46,215 nt of DNA. It comes from Choristocarpus tenellus KU-1152 (taxonomy: Eukaryota > Protista > Phaeophyceae). Each line of letters starts with the position of its first letter. Position 1 is the stretch's first letter. Both the position numbers and the translations under genes were made by a program. The notes beneath the pieces were generated by a model. It was not told the DNA's origin. It did not search any database and worked only from the letters and a program-made list of their open reading frames with translations. Positions 34,301-46,130 of the stretch are shown here, piece by piece. The DNA is taken from the NCBI GenBank assembly GCA_964200185.2, contig CAXNAD020000021.1, positions 1-46,215 on the forward strand, given 5' to 3'.

Positions 34301-36829
34301 TCAGAATGGCGTTGGAGTTTGAAGGAGGAAATTTTACATTGAACATAGAAGCAACACGGTGTGCAAGATAATAGATAAAACAGAGAGGGTCAATGGGGCG
34401 CAACAACATATCACAGAAAGCACTCAGCTCCCTCATTTAGCTTCCGATGGATGAATGGTAGTAGGAACATAAGCTAAACAATCTGCTCATAAGGAGGGGC
34501 AACTCATAAATTTGGGGGATAATCAGAAAAAAAGTAGACATGGTTTGGAATAAATTGCAGAGTAGGTGGTACAAGTACTCTGACACAGTGCCAAGGCATG
34601 CCATCTCTCTGAGAGGTACCCACAGAAGGTGGCAAAGTACTGCACAAAAGTCTTCCATCACCTATACCTGCCGGTAGTCACAGTCGATAGCACTCCTTTC
34701 CCAAGACTCATACACAGCATTATCGAAAAACACCACTTACAAAATGATTTTGTAAACCTTTTGGAGAAGCTAGCGACATTAACAAGGATACCTGTTGCAC
34801 TAGAAAAAGAGATAGCCCTATATGTCAGGTGCACAATATCACCTTCATATTCCCATGCAATAGCCCCAGTGAGACCCTGCTGCGGAGTGACAGGCAAACT
34901 GTAGCTCAGTGGACCAAGAGGGGTGTCTTGGCGCCATGAGCATACAGCACCACTGGTTATTGACCCAGACAACCTGGTGCAGTATTTTCCTTCTAGCACT
35001 TCTAGCCCAGTGGCGGATACCTGCAACACCAAGAAAGGTCAACAAGAAAGGTCAACAGGTCGTGAGAGAGAGCAACAGAAGTGCCTAGTATAAAACATAA
35101 ATCAAACTAACGGAACATTAGCGTCCACCGTTGCAAGTCGTGTAGTATGGCACCTGAAGCGTCTGATTGACTTCATTGTACTATATACAGAAAGAAGTCA
35201 GTTGTATGTATGTATGTATGTATGTATGTATGTATGTATATGTATGACAAAAAAGTAATCAAGCGACCACAAACAATTGTTCAAACATGTAACTAAACCT
35301 GTAACTCAAGTCTAAGGAGGACTCACTGCACAACGTCTGTACCCTAACCTCAACTCTATAATCTGGGGTAAGGGACATATATTCCCTTTATACCTTCCAT
35401 ACAAAATCTTGAGGGTTGTCTTGTACAGGACTCAATCTGCATCCACAATGAAGAGAGTTCTTTTTAAAAGACAAGTGGTATGCTTTATTTGAGCTCTAAT
35501 GTACAGCACTACAAGAGTTGAGGAGACTACCTCATGTAGAGAGTATGCCTGTACCTTAACTGGTGGTATGGGGTTTGTGCAGATTATGCCTTTACTTGCA
35601 ATAGATAAATAGCACAACAGGTAGAAAAAAGCAGCATGCTCATAGCAGAGCATGATAGAGGTATAATCTCTAACATTTCAGTACAGATCCCTTCAAATCG
35701 ATGGGCTGAAGTCTATTCTACCTACATATGCAAATCAAACTGAAAATGTTTCAATAGGCAGTTGAACCCCAAAATCTCGATTAAATGGTATAATAACAAC
35801 ACTTGAATTTGAAGTGAGGGTTGCATAATATTGTTCAGCATTCCCTGACCTTGTGGAAGGTCGAAAGCCTATTCCTCAAGACATGTTCGGTATGATGATT
35901 TGGGTTAAAAGATGGAGCACAAAAACTTACTAAGCATATTCAGAAAAAAATGCAAGAATTGTGATGGTATGACAGTGACAACCAGATGGTTACAGCTTCT
36001 TGATCCAAGAAGGTGTTTTGGGGCGAATCCACAGTAGTACACAATACAAATTCAACACTATAAAATGTCAACACTTACTAGAAATCTAAATCAAATCCTA
36101 TGTCAATTGAGGTTGAGAATAGGGGCGTGATTGCTTACCAGTAACAGATCCCTAAAAACACTTTGAAGTGGGATGAACTCACTCAGAAAAAAAAAAATTG
36201 AGGGAAATTAAGGAAGGTGTTTGGTCTGCGCTTACTAAATATATCTTGAGAAGCATCCTTTAAGATGAGGCATCCTCGTTTTCAGACTTCCCCACTTGCC
36301 CATGAAAATACAGACCAAAGATTGACTTTTCTAACGGAACGACTCAGTATATTGGTAGGCATCTGATAAGTAGGTCGTATTTTGCAGCATGGCAAAGTTA
36401 TTGAAGTAACCTCCAAAAGGTGGTGACATGACAACAAATGCTGTTGGAAGTATCAACTAGCGATGTATCAACAATATGAATCTTCGCTTCTTATCTATTG
36501 GAAGTAAATGAACTACTCTGGAGCCTGGGTATCTATAGCCGACCGTACTGTTTGAGTACTTTGTCGTTGGACCATAGCCTTTCGACTCAACGGTGGATTC
36601 AAGGACTCTATGACCTAAACCTATCTGTGACGAGGGAGGCAAGCCTACACTACCGAGCTCTTAACACTAAACTACAGTTCAAGGAACGAGCGAACAGGGC
36701 AGCGCCACGAAAGCGATTGTAGACATAATATTTCTCTAATATTGAGACAGGCACGTAACTTACCAAATCTTCGGGCGTAGTGTCGTCGACAGTGGTTTCT
36801 CCAACTGAGGTTTCGATGAGTCCTTCCAT
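19390..36829 (-). CDS. DYRKP: DYRK-family dual-specificity protein kinase, DYRKP (plant/algal-type) subgroup, ~1230 aa with long low-complexity N-terminus
   Basis: Exons: 36829-36764, 35020-34741, 33779-33229, 31462-31007, 30593-29855, 28623-28475, 28150-27931, 27475-27348, 26858-26772, 26337-26254, 25201-25056, 23879-23762, 23485-23418, 23259-23202, 22278-22210, 21192-21063, 20135-19931, 19522-19390 (sum 3687 nt, in frame). Motifs: [31 protein letters not shown]-loop, [85 protein letters not shown], and an upstream [11 protein letters not shown]. Kinase exons are secure. N-terminal exons are provisional, with possible extra exons near 34.1-34.3 kb and 33.1 kb. Confidence 0.92.
21503..21634. 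repeat. 27-28-bp minisatellite (~4.7 units) containing telomere-like CCCTAACCCTAA
   Basis: GTGACCCTAACCCTAAGATA(G/A)TAACCTT x3, then GTGACCATAACTAAAGATAATAACCTT and a partial unit. Lies in a DYRKP intron. Confidence 0.9.
25891..26082. repeat. 16-bp minisatellite x12
   Basis: GTACATGTTGTGATAG, 12 near-identical head-to-tail units (192 bp) with no spacers. Intronic. Confidence 0.95.
28855..29018. repeat. Tandem duplication, 2 x 80 bp
   Basis: TGGGGAACATGAGGGACACCCTTTCC(G/A)GCCCTCCTGAGTGCAAAC...GATCAATTTGGTAA starts at 28855 and 28935. Confidence 0.9.
33478..33693 (-). repeat. Coding GAG/GAA/GAT low-complexity tract (poly-Glu/Asp) in a DYRKP exon
   Basis: Plus-strand (TCCTCT)n/(TCCTCA)n encodes [14 protein letters not shown]...[11 protein letters not shown] on the minus strand. 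Confidence 0.9.
35203..35246. repeat. (TATG)n microsatellite
   Basis: TGTATGTATG... read directly. Confidence 0.9.
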
Positions 36830-38999
36830 ATCCTCAGCAGGTAGATTCTTACTCCTCCTCCCATACGACTTCAATTGGTAAACGAGCAAGACAGGCACGC
36901 GTTGGGCAACGGAATAAGCCCAACAGCATGAGATCAACGATTCCTAGCTGTGAACAAAGACTCCCGTTGTCCACTCAGACTACCGACTGTCAGACCCAGC
37001 AGATGAACAGTGTTTGCTTGAATTCGCAAACTTCATAGAGTTTGCTATCCAATCAGAGCCAGTATGTCATGGGGCTTAAGCAAATAATTATACGCAATCG
37101 AGCTAAACAGGTCTAGTTCAAGACTTGAAGGATGATGAGTTTTAGACTAAAAACTTTTCACTCTCAATAGCAGATACGGTCCAAGGAAATGCATCAACAG
37201 TCCCTCTGATGAGAGGACCTTACTGGAACTTCTAAGTAAACCGTGTCAGGGGTATTAGCGGGGATCAAATACCAATTCAACTCCACAACCCATCTATAAA
37301 CAGCAAGGTGATGGTAGATAGACTCAAGACATCTCTGGATGAGAATTGGCAACCAATGAAAGCACCAGTCAATGAGAACATTTACCTCGAGCACAGACGA
37401 CATGCCTGTCACGAAATCCTACCCCCCAGTGGATGCTTCGAGTCGTAGGTTACCACCTGATAAATAGGGATGATGCCCATCCGCACAAGCCTGATGTTCC
37501 AATCCCAATGACGTGAATTGCTTTCGAGAGAAACCAAGTCAATTGGGTCTTTAAGGTTGCAAGCAACAGTCCCTAAGTTCAAAGTACAAAGGATATTGGC
37601 CTTGGGAAGAGAAGGTACACTCACTGACGAGCGCTGTCCAACTCAACCCTACCAAGACAGATCCCAGAATGTCGCTCAACACAAAAGAGAGTAAGCATCC
37701 GCTATACAGTTAGTTTATGATGAAATACAAAAAGTAGTAGTAGAAGAGTCCTCACATCACCAAAATATATATCAGTAAAGTACTTCACAGAAGCCGGTAA
37801 CGCTTTTATTCGAATATCAATATCGAAAATAATGGGAGAGTGAGTTAATACGATGACATATATCCAGTTTAAAAACCAATTTGAGTATTTATATTATTTA
37901 TTCGTATACTCTCTCACATTTTGGAGTTGTGTCAGGGGAAAAAACAAAGAAAACCATTCAAATGTCAGAATAACCCCTAAACAAGTAGCAGCTAGCTGTC
38001 GTAAGTGTGGAAGCCATTCATTTACTATTTTACTACCAACTATGCTACACCACTGGCCTCCTGCGCCTCCAACCTAGCTTAGCCGTGCACCCCAGAGTGA
38101 GGAACTAGGGAAGTATCCCAAGAATGTAACAAGCCATCTCCCTGATGTCTCCACCTACCTTAAAACGCATGATGGCATGTCTAGACAGGGCTAGTTGTGT
38201 TGTGACAGAGACTATGTCGTAGACGGGATTTGAAAGCCCCTTTCCTGGTGTAGCCTCCTTATTGGAACATAGCTACAACTACTATTCAACACAAAATCAT
38301 TTATAATATGAAGAACAATGACTCTCAAAACCTATTTTTTGTAGGTAAAACACTACAATGATAGCGAGTAGGATAGAATGTCACACTTGCTAAAAATACC
38401 GGGTAGTCGTCCCAATTTGTTGAGGTATCAACGATGACCGAAAAGATGGTGAAAACGAGGTAAAGGGTGAACGGATATGAGTCCTGAAATGAAATACTCT
38501 TTCTGTCGAATCAGGAAAGCTTTAACCTAATCGGGTGTGGAAGCCCCTAATCACAAACTAGGAAGACTGAGAGGAGAGACTTGGAGTTTAGAGAAGGTGA
38601 TACAGCTGGTACAGATTCCACCACATACCTTCTTGGTCAACTTGAATCAATTTCTGACTCGTCACATCTGATGGCCGTAGTACCTCGTGCTATGCTGGAA
38701 TGTTGGCCGTCTTTAACTGCATTATAGTGGGACTTCTTGGCCCAGCGGAACCTCCACCTACGCTCCAATGTTCGCCACATTCATCCTCACCTTCGAGGTG
38801 GCTTCTCATTGATCTTCCTCTTCCACATATGTCTAGTGAGATTTCTTTTCTTTCTCCGAGCAACCCTCATTATTGTGGTCCATGACACCAAAAACAATTA
38901 ATGTGTTGCTGATTAATACTAGATTCCAACTAAGAGTACAGCAACATTAGAGGCAAATTGGGAAACCAATGTGTGAGAGTGGAGGGATAGGCATAGAAT

Positions 39000-40300
39000 A
39001 AGCAGGGGAAATCGGGATTATTTCATCATCGCAGATCAGTGGTCCCGCGACAAGGAGCGACCCAAGATCGCAGCCTTGACAACCAAGGCTTCAAATGTAA
39101 GGGGTGCCAAAAATTGTTCGGCACGGGACGTTTCTTGGACAGTCATGATTAATCGGGCAGAAGAACAGGACAGGGAAGCAGAAAGGAGGATATGAGGGCC
39201 CACTTCCCCATGCCGTTGCAAAATAAGTCTCAAGGGAACAGCTGGCCCAGGTACAGCAGCAATAGCAGCAGGACAACCTCCACCACCAACACAAGAAAGA
39301 GGAGAAGTCCAATGTCAGCCGTAGTAGCAGTAGTGACATTGGTAGAAGTGAAAGCAGTAGTGACAGCAGTAGTGACAGCAGTAGTGACAGCGATTGTGGT
39401 AATGAAACAGGCAGCAGAAGCAATATCAGCAACAGCAAGGACACAGGATGTAGGAACAGAAGTAGTCACAGCAGTAGGACGGCAGTAGTGGTGACAAGAA
39501 CAGCGATGATGGCAACAGTGGTACAAGCAGCAGTGACAGCAGTGATGTTCATGGAGGGGAAATCCCCTCTAATTGTGGTTCTAGGCCGCATAGTGCAATA
39601 ATTGAGATCTGCATAGCACTTGCTGTCTCCCTGTATTCCAGGGTGGTCACATCTAAACTACAGAGGAGGTGGAACAAAGCACCCTCCCTAGTCATCCACT
39701 CTTGTCGGTTCCTATGCTCCCCGAAGGATAACGATCACTCCCCCACCAGCATGGGTTGTTGACTTGTTTATCACTCTGTATGGTTTTGGTCGGGTGCTGG
39801 GAATGGATGGAGCTAGATTATGTGTGGGTGACACAGTCATGTGCATCAAAGAAGGGGGTAAACTCTACCTGTTGCCCATCCGGCTCTTGCACATGTATGG
39901 GGACAATGAGGGGAGGGGTATGAATGTACTACGTAGTAGTCCTTTTCATTGTGCCCACAAGATAGAGGATGATATGCAACCAAACCAGTGTGATGGCCTC
40001 ATTCGTTCCTGGAAGAGAAGAGTAGACCACAGGGAAACATGGTTCTTAGAACAGCCTGTGCAGTATCCTTTGCTTCAACGAGGGTATGGGTTTTGAGTGT
40101 TGAAACTCTGTTTACTGGAAGGGATTTGCCAGACCTTACACTGGGAAGAAGCTCACGTGTATGGATTTAGCCACACTGTGAGACAGCACCCCTTCGGCTT
40201 CTAGGAGGTTTGGACCAGGAAATCTTCCTGATATGGAATAAGGGCACCCATCACGTCAACGACAGAGTAGACACTATCTTCTTAGTAATCTGGGTGGGAA
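39000..40300 (+). mobile_element. Degenerate Ty1/Copia-like LTR retrotransposon fragment (pre-integrase / integrase start)
   Basis: A GACAGCAGTAGT low-complexity stretch is followed by GDTVMCIKEGGKLYL..SWKRRVDH (cf. WHRRLGH), a frameshifted CxxC-like C.LC, and then CMDL..LLGG..IFL (cf. H.DL.GP..SLGG.RY.L). Many stops and frameshifts; no LTRs found. Confidence 0.45.
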
Positions 40301-41100
40301 ACACCCCTTGCCTTGCATACAGTATGGAGGATGCGCAGGTTGGTTTGTGGCCTTATACGAAGATTCTTGGACTATACTCCAAGTAAAAATTGTCCACATA
40401 ACGCTACCTTTGTAAGTGGTTTTGCATTTGCCCGTCATTGTAACCCACATCATGAGGGATTCGTTACATCAACGCGGGATTCGTCAGTGTAGGCAAGCAG
40501 TGCCAGGCACAGAGAAGGTTAGCCACAAGTTTAGCACGGCCAAATTCATATTCTCTTGAATTTTGCTCTCTATCATCAATGCTTCTGCCCTTTATCCTCT
40601 TGTGTTCAGAACTCTAATGGTGTGGAGTTGAACTTTGTTGGACATTATGTCAGAAAAGAGTTGGTGATAGCGTCACCTATCAAGTGCCAGGTAACATCAG
40701 TTTTTCCGCCAGGAGAGAAGTGCCTGTCCAGGGAGTTGAGTGTCATACGCTGAGAACAACAAGTGGCTCATGGTCTTTGTCATGCTGCTGATATACCTAC
40801 CAATCCTGATGAAAACAAAGGCTGCCATGAGTATATCTAGACCCCTGATTAAAGGGTGGATCTCTCTTTTATCATGCTGCCTTACGTAGGAGATATTTTT
40901 GTCAAAACCAAAATGTAGAGGAATAATTCATGTCCAGAGTCTGTCCCCTTCCCCTCCTTCCTTAACCACTCATTGATTATTGGATGACTGCAAGCCCATC
41001 TGGTAATAACATCAAATGTGGTCCCCACGCCACAACAAGCACATGACTAAACTACCCCACTTCCCCTACGTTCTCATTCTTACATGTAGTGTACAATGCA

Positions 41101-41358
41101 GACCCAAAGCAATTAAGAGGGTACGGCTGCGTCCTTTTGGGGTCATAAATCCGATGTTGCGATTTTGATGAATTTTGGTTATCGTGTTTGTTAGCAGGTG
41201 TCAATGCCCTTGCTCCGGACACACCTTTCATAGTCGTACACATTTTAGGTAACTGTGCTCACACAGAAAACCGAAAAGGGGCAAAAAAAAAACGCGGGAA
41301 GCCACGTCCCAAACGGTCAAAAGGGTCAAAACTCCTACCCTCTTAAATGTTTTAGTTC
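41101..41358 (+). mobile_element. MITE family A, copy 5 (divergent subfamily)
   Basis: GACCCAAAGCAATTAAGAGGGTACGGCTGCGTCC..GATGTTGCGATTTTGATG..CCGGACACACCTTTCATA..GGGAAGCCA..AAACTCCTACCCTCTTAAA is colinear with the other copies but lacks the central hairpin. Confidence 0.75.
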
Positions 41359-41812
41359 ACATGAAGATATCGTGTATTGAATGGCACATAGGGACAGAAT
41401 TGATAGTGAAAAAGAACAACTTTGATATCTTGCATTGCGAGGATTTATTGGAGTTGGTTCTGAAGCATCGTTCACCATGAGAGGTCGCGCCTTTGACAAT
41501 GAGAGGATGAAAGATATTCGTGTTCGTCAGCAGGATCAGGTGATGTATAGGCGGTATATGCGTTGACCTCAAGGAATGTCCACATTAGGTTTTCCACTCC
41601 ATACCTTGACAACAGGGTTCCTAACCTGATCACTACCCTTGATATATTTCTCCAATTTTTGCATTCTTTTTGGAAAGTGTGGGACTACAACTTGTACTGT
41701 TTGAGTCCACGCTGGACTTCACTACAAGCAAACAATCAATGACCGTGGTATCTGAGCACATTTTTACCCTCTGTCCACATGCTGTCAGTATTTGTAACCA
41801 TGAACAGATTCA

Positions 41813-42079
41813 GAGTGAAAGTATCTTAGAAGGTACGAGTTTTGCCCTGTTTGTCCCTTTGTGGCTTGGCTTCCTACCGGTTTTTAGTGGCATTTTCCTA
41901 CTCCAAAATATTTCGGAGTAGATAAAATGTACTTGGAGTATATTTTTAAAAAAGCTGTGTCCGGAACAAGGATATTGACACTTCCTAACGAACACGATAG
42001 CCAAAATTACATCAAAATCGCAAAATTGAATTTTGGTCCCCAAATGGACACAGTTCTACCCTCTAATATACTTTGACTC
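41813..42079 (-). mobile_element. MITE family A, copy 6 (inverted)
   Basis: GAGTGAAAGTATCTTAGAAGGTACGAG ... TTCTACCCTCTAATATACTTTGACTC. The flanks (TTCA / TAAA) do not form a clean TSD. Confidence 0.85.
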
Positions 42080-42791
42080 TAAATTGAATATATTTGCATA
42101 TACGGTCATCCCAGGTAATACCATCTCTTGGGTAGTGCATGGATGTAGCAACTAGGCATACCCTCCCCAGTCCAATTCACAAGAGGTGGCACCTCCTAAT
42201 TATCATGTTCCACTCAGTCATTGTAGTGTCCCCGTGACACAATGCTCTCCCATCTTTGACTTTCAAAGTGTTGATGCAGTTTTTGTTCTCCTCTTACAAT
42301 ATACTCTAAATATAATCATAATACACACTCGCCTCCGCCCCCTCCTTCCTCCCCTCTCTCTGACACTCATAAAAGGTTTGCCATCGGACACAGCGAAATG
42401 GGAGCATACACATAAATGCTGCATCCAAACAAATCCTTTGAGCTCAGACACTCACACCCACAGGTACTACACGCTTTCCTAAAATTCTCAGGTGTTGGAT
42501 TGTCGTGCAGCGGGTTTTCAGTACATGGAACGAAAATATGATCAGGGTCATCAGGAGCACCACATGATGAAGATTGTGCTTGGGCCCATATACATCGAGG
42601 CCATTAGAGATGTACTACTCATCTTCCTCAATGGGGAGACTGGCATGGAGGCCACTCCTCGAGGGGGGACCAGCAAGAGTCTTAACTCCGGGCTACATAG
42701 AGGACATAGGTGTGCGCAGATCATCCCACTAGGTGGCTTGCAGGATGATAATTTCAACCACGCAGAGCCCCAACCCAGTGATCTCACACAG

Positions 42792-43002
42792 GCAAAATCC
42801 AATGTTGCGATTTTGTTGTAATCCTGACTGTCGTGTTTGTTAGGAAGTGCCAATATCCTTGTTCGGACACACCTTTTCATAACACATGATTTACCTACTC
42901 CGAAATGTTTTGGAGTAGGTAAAAAGCAATAAAACCCGTGGGAAGCCAAGCCCCAAATGGACAAAAAGGGCAAAACTCATACCCTCTAAGATGCTTTCAC
43001 TC
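42792..43002 (+). mobile_element. MITE family A, copy 7 (left end missing)
   Basis: CAAAATCCAATGTTGCGATTTTG ... TTTACCTACTCCGAAATGTTTTGGAGTAGGTAAA ... ACCCTCTAAGATGCTTTCACTC. Confidence 0.85.
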
Positions 43003-46000
43003 AGATGTCACCAATCACAGAGTATTATTGCAATCGTGAGCCAGAGATCTACCCAGCAATTGCCATTCGGCAAGTTGTTCATATGTACCACCAATGCCTT
43101 GACATGGAGCAGACCACTAGAAATAACTTCTGAGGACCGTCACGGTGTACAGGTGAGAGTCCGATATGGACACACAAGTTCTTAAACACAGGGAATATTA
43201 CTCAATAACAATATCATACCATCTATCGTGAGCACTGTATGACTGTGACCGTAGGCAGCAGGTGGGTGGCCACAAGGCCTACATATATAGAGCGATTGAT
43301 GCAAAATATTGAGAGAAATTCAGGGCCAAAAAGACCCAGATGCATCATTAACAGATATTACCATGATCCTACAAGTGCATGTACCGCAAAAGTAAAACAA
43401 CAGCTAACACACATTGTCCACTGCAGCAGAAATTGTGTCAAGGTTTCTACTGTACCTAATGCCATCTACACCGTTTTTGACACTGCTCTTCCTATGGAAG
43501 TGCTTTCCAGGTTGTATACACGGAAATATTGCTTGCTCTTGTACTACCTGGTATAACCCCAACCACCTGGCTGATGACCTACAGGAAATTACAGTTTCCA
43601 CATATATGGTCTTCCAATATGAACATGCTCTACAAGACAGCCCCACAATCCACAATCCACCTCACAACAACTCGTCCACAGTCAACTCAGTCACCAGCCA
43701 CAGGTGCAAAAAAATCGCTGTTCCGGTCATGAGAAAGTTCTATTTTAACTAAACATGTAAGGGCAAGTGGTGGGCCAATTGCTTCATGTGGATGTATATA
43801 TAAGATCCCAGGCCGTCGCAAAAAAAAACGAACCCTTGAAAACCAGCAATCATCGGCGCAGCGGTCAAACCGTTTGAGTTGTAGCCAGGAAAGAAGAAAA
43901 GACTCCAACAAAAATAGAAAAACAAAAATCCCAATATATCACACTCTGTTGGGTCCAACAGGACAACTCTCACTGCCATGTCATGCTGAGCTACAATGTC
44001 TACTTGTATATAATCGTCCTGCACTTGCTTGTGTATTTTTCTGCTTCACTTGCGCATTTATTTGTAGTGTCGTTTTACTTTGAAGAATTATCTTCTCGAT
44101 GTGATGTTTGACCTCTGTGTGTGCTATGTGGATCTGTAGTAATATAGGACAGTACATACCACTTGGTATTTTCCACTGCCGAAGGGAATATAGTGATTGC
44201 CTCACTTTCTGATTCAGTACAGCAACAGTGTCAGTCCACACATCTTGCTCGATTACAAGAAAAAAATCAATGTACATGCACTACACATTTGGTACTTAGC
44301 ACAATAAACTGAACACACTGGGGTTGACACCTCAGCACGATTCTTTCGAAATTATGCTTGTGGAGAGACAAACCAATTAAGAGATAGGCAGGGTTGCATT
44401 TTTAGGATCCCGAGAAAGGGCAAAAAGTCTCCATTTTGTGCGATTGTAGAAACAGCCTTTGCTTGATTGTGAAGTTACTTTGTGTGTGTGTGGAAGGTGG
44501 GGATATCAAGTTTGCGTACACTATTGTGCACATGACTACCTCTCAATTGGTTTGGCTCAGATACTCTGTGAGAAGTCATTCATAACACATCCACAGGATA
44601 TGAACATGCCAGCAACCTGTGGAAAGGCTTCGTAACACTTCCATAGGGTATAATAGTATCATCATCCGGTGAAAATTGGTTCAAAAAAAGACCCACAGGG
44701 TCTTTACATTAAGGCATCCAGTGATAATGAATTCACAATACATCCATAATATACGGAATATATTGACACCCTATGAAAATATCTACGCGACATACCCTCA
44801 GGATAAAAAATATGTAGGCACACTGTGAGTGTGTTTACAGTGCACCACACAGCATGTTAATCGTGTGGGACCCTGTACAGGGTGCCCACAGGGTGCCTAC
44901 AGGGTATACATCGGGAGGGACCCTGTACAGGGTCTCCACAAGGCGCAAAGTGGTCACGTCTGCCTGCACTTGTGATATATGATGGATACCTACTACACTA
45001 CTATTATGATATGATCATAATGCGGGCTAAATCAATTGAGAGGTGGGCAGGTTCGGACTCTTTTGCACTCTAAGCCATCTTTCTTACCCTGTGCAGTACA
45101 ACCGTCTTCATTGCTATATGTTCACAATAGAGCAAAAAAAAATGGTATTCCCTCTTTCCACTCAAAAGATGATACCAAAATTCCTCAAAACCTCTCTCTG
45201 CGATTGTACCAAAATGGTACATCCTTGCCATTTCTCGGGATCCTTAATACACAGTCCTGTCTATCTCTCGGTTGATTCACTTCAAACCCTACGTCAGAAA
45301 TGGAAGTAGCACTAGCAAATATACACTAAATATATATATATATACTGATGAGGCATGGATGAGCGCTGGATAGACAAAATGGAGTTGTCATATTCTTGTT
45401 GTGTGCGCACCCGCTGTTAACATCATGTAGATTTTGTCAGGAGGAAGAAAATGCAGAGACAGAGGGTACAACAGCATACCACAAAATATGTTACATGCAA
45501 ATATGGTACTGCTCCGCACTATTGATGTTGTATTTCTTTTCTTATGTTGACATCCTTCCTATAAAGCACTCTGTTGTTGTGTTAGTAGAGAAGAGACAAA
45601 TGATACAAAGAAAGGTACCTGGCCTTCTACTAGTACATATTTTGTACTCTTTGAGGTAGCTAGTACCAGTAGTAATATACTGATAAAGTTTTTGCAGTCG
45701 CCTCCTGCATCAACTTTGTCGTGCCAAAACTTTTGATCAACATTCATTTTTTTCATGAAAACTCGCTTGTTGTAATCGCACCAGAATGCTTAACCTTATT
45801 TGATGGGTCTCGGTTGATCAACTTACAGTAATCGTGAGAAATACAGGACCACACTTAAGTCAAGTAGTCCGCGCGCGCGAACCGCGCATTTAAGGAAGAT
45901 TTTGACGCCAGAAGAGACCATCTTCACCCGGAGAACGTGGGCGTTGTTGTTGTCTCTCCATTCTCTTTCCATTATTTCCCGTTTATGCGCTGTTGTCACC

Positions 46001-46007
46001 TGCTGGC

Positions 46008-46130
46008 TAAGGCTCACTCATGGGGACCCAGGTTTCTGAACCAGACAATCCATGCCAAGTCAAACGAGATATTCTGAAGGTGCAGGCCTCCTGTGAGACT
46101 TAATTTTCTTGTGCACCCTGTCCAATTTGG
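46008..46130 (-). pseudogene. Frameshifted chromodomain remnant, probably from a Ty3/Gypsy chromovirus integrase tail
   Basis: Minus strand: VHKKIKSHRRPAPSEYLV [2-nt shift] TWHGLSGSETWVPMSEP*, matching the chromodomain pattern I..HR....EYLVKWxG....TWEP. Confidence 0.5.

Noticed and set aside
37100-38700. Possible gene divergent from DYRKP
   Set aside because: No ORF or exon chain with recognisable protein features could be built.
39091-39526. Leu/Ser- and Val/Thr/Ala-rich ORFs resembling membrane or mucin proteins
   Set aside because: They derive from a GACAGCAGTAGT low-complexity repeat in a probable retroelement remnant, with no supporting gene structure.
42490-45700. Short ORFs and possible exons in the right-hand region
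   Set aside because: No recognisable domains and no phase-consistent exon chain.
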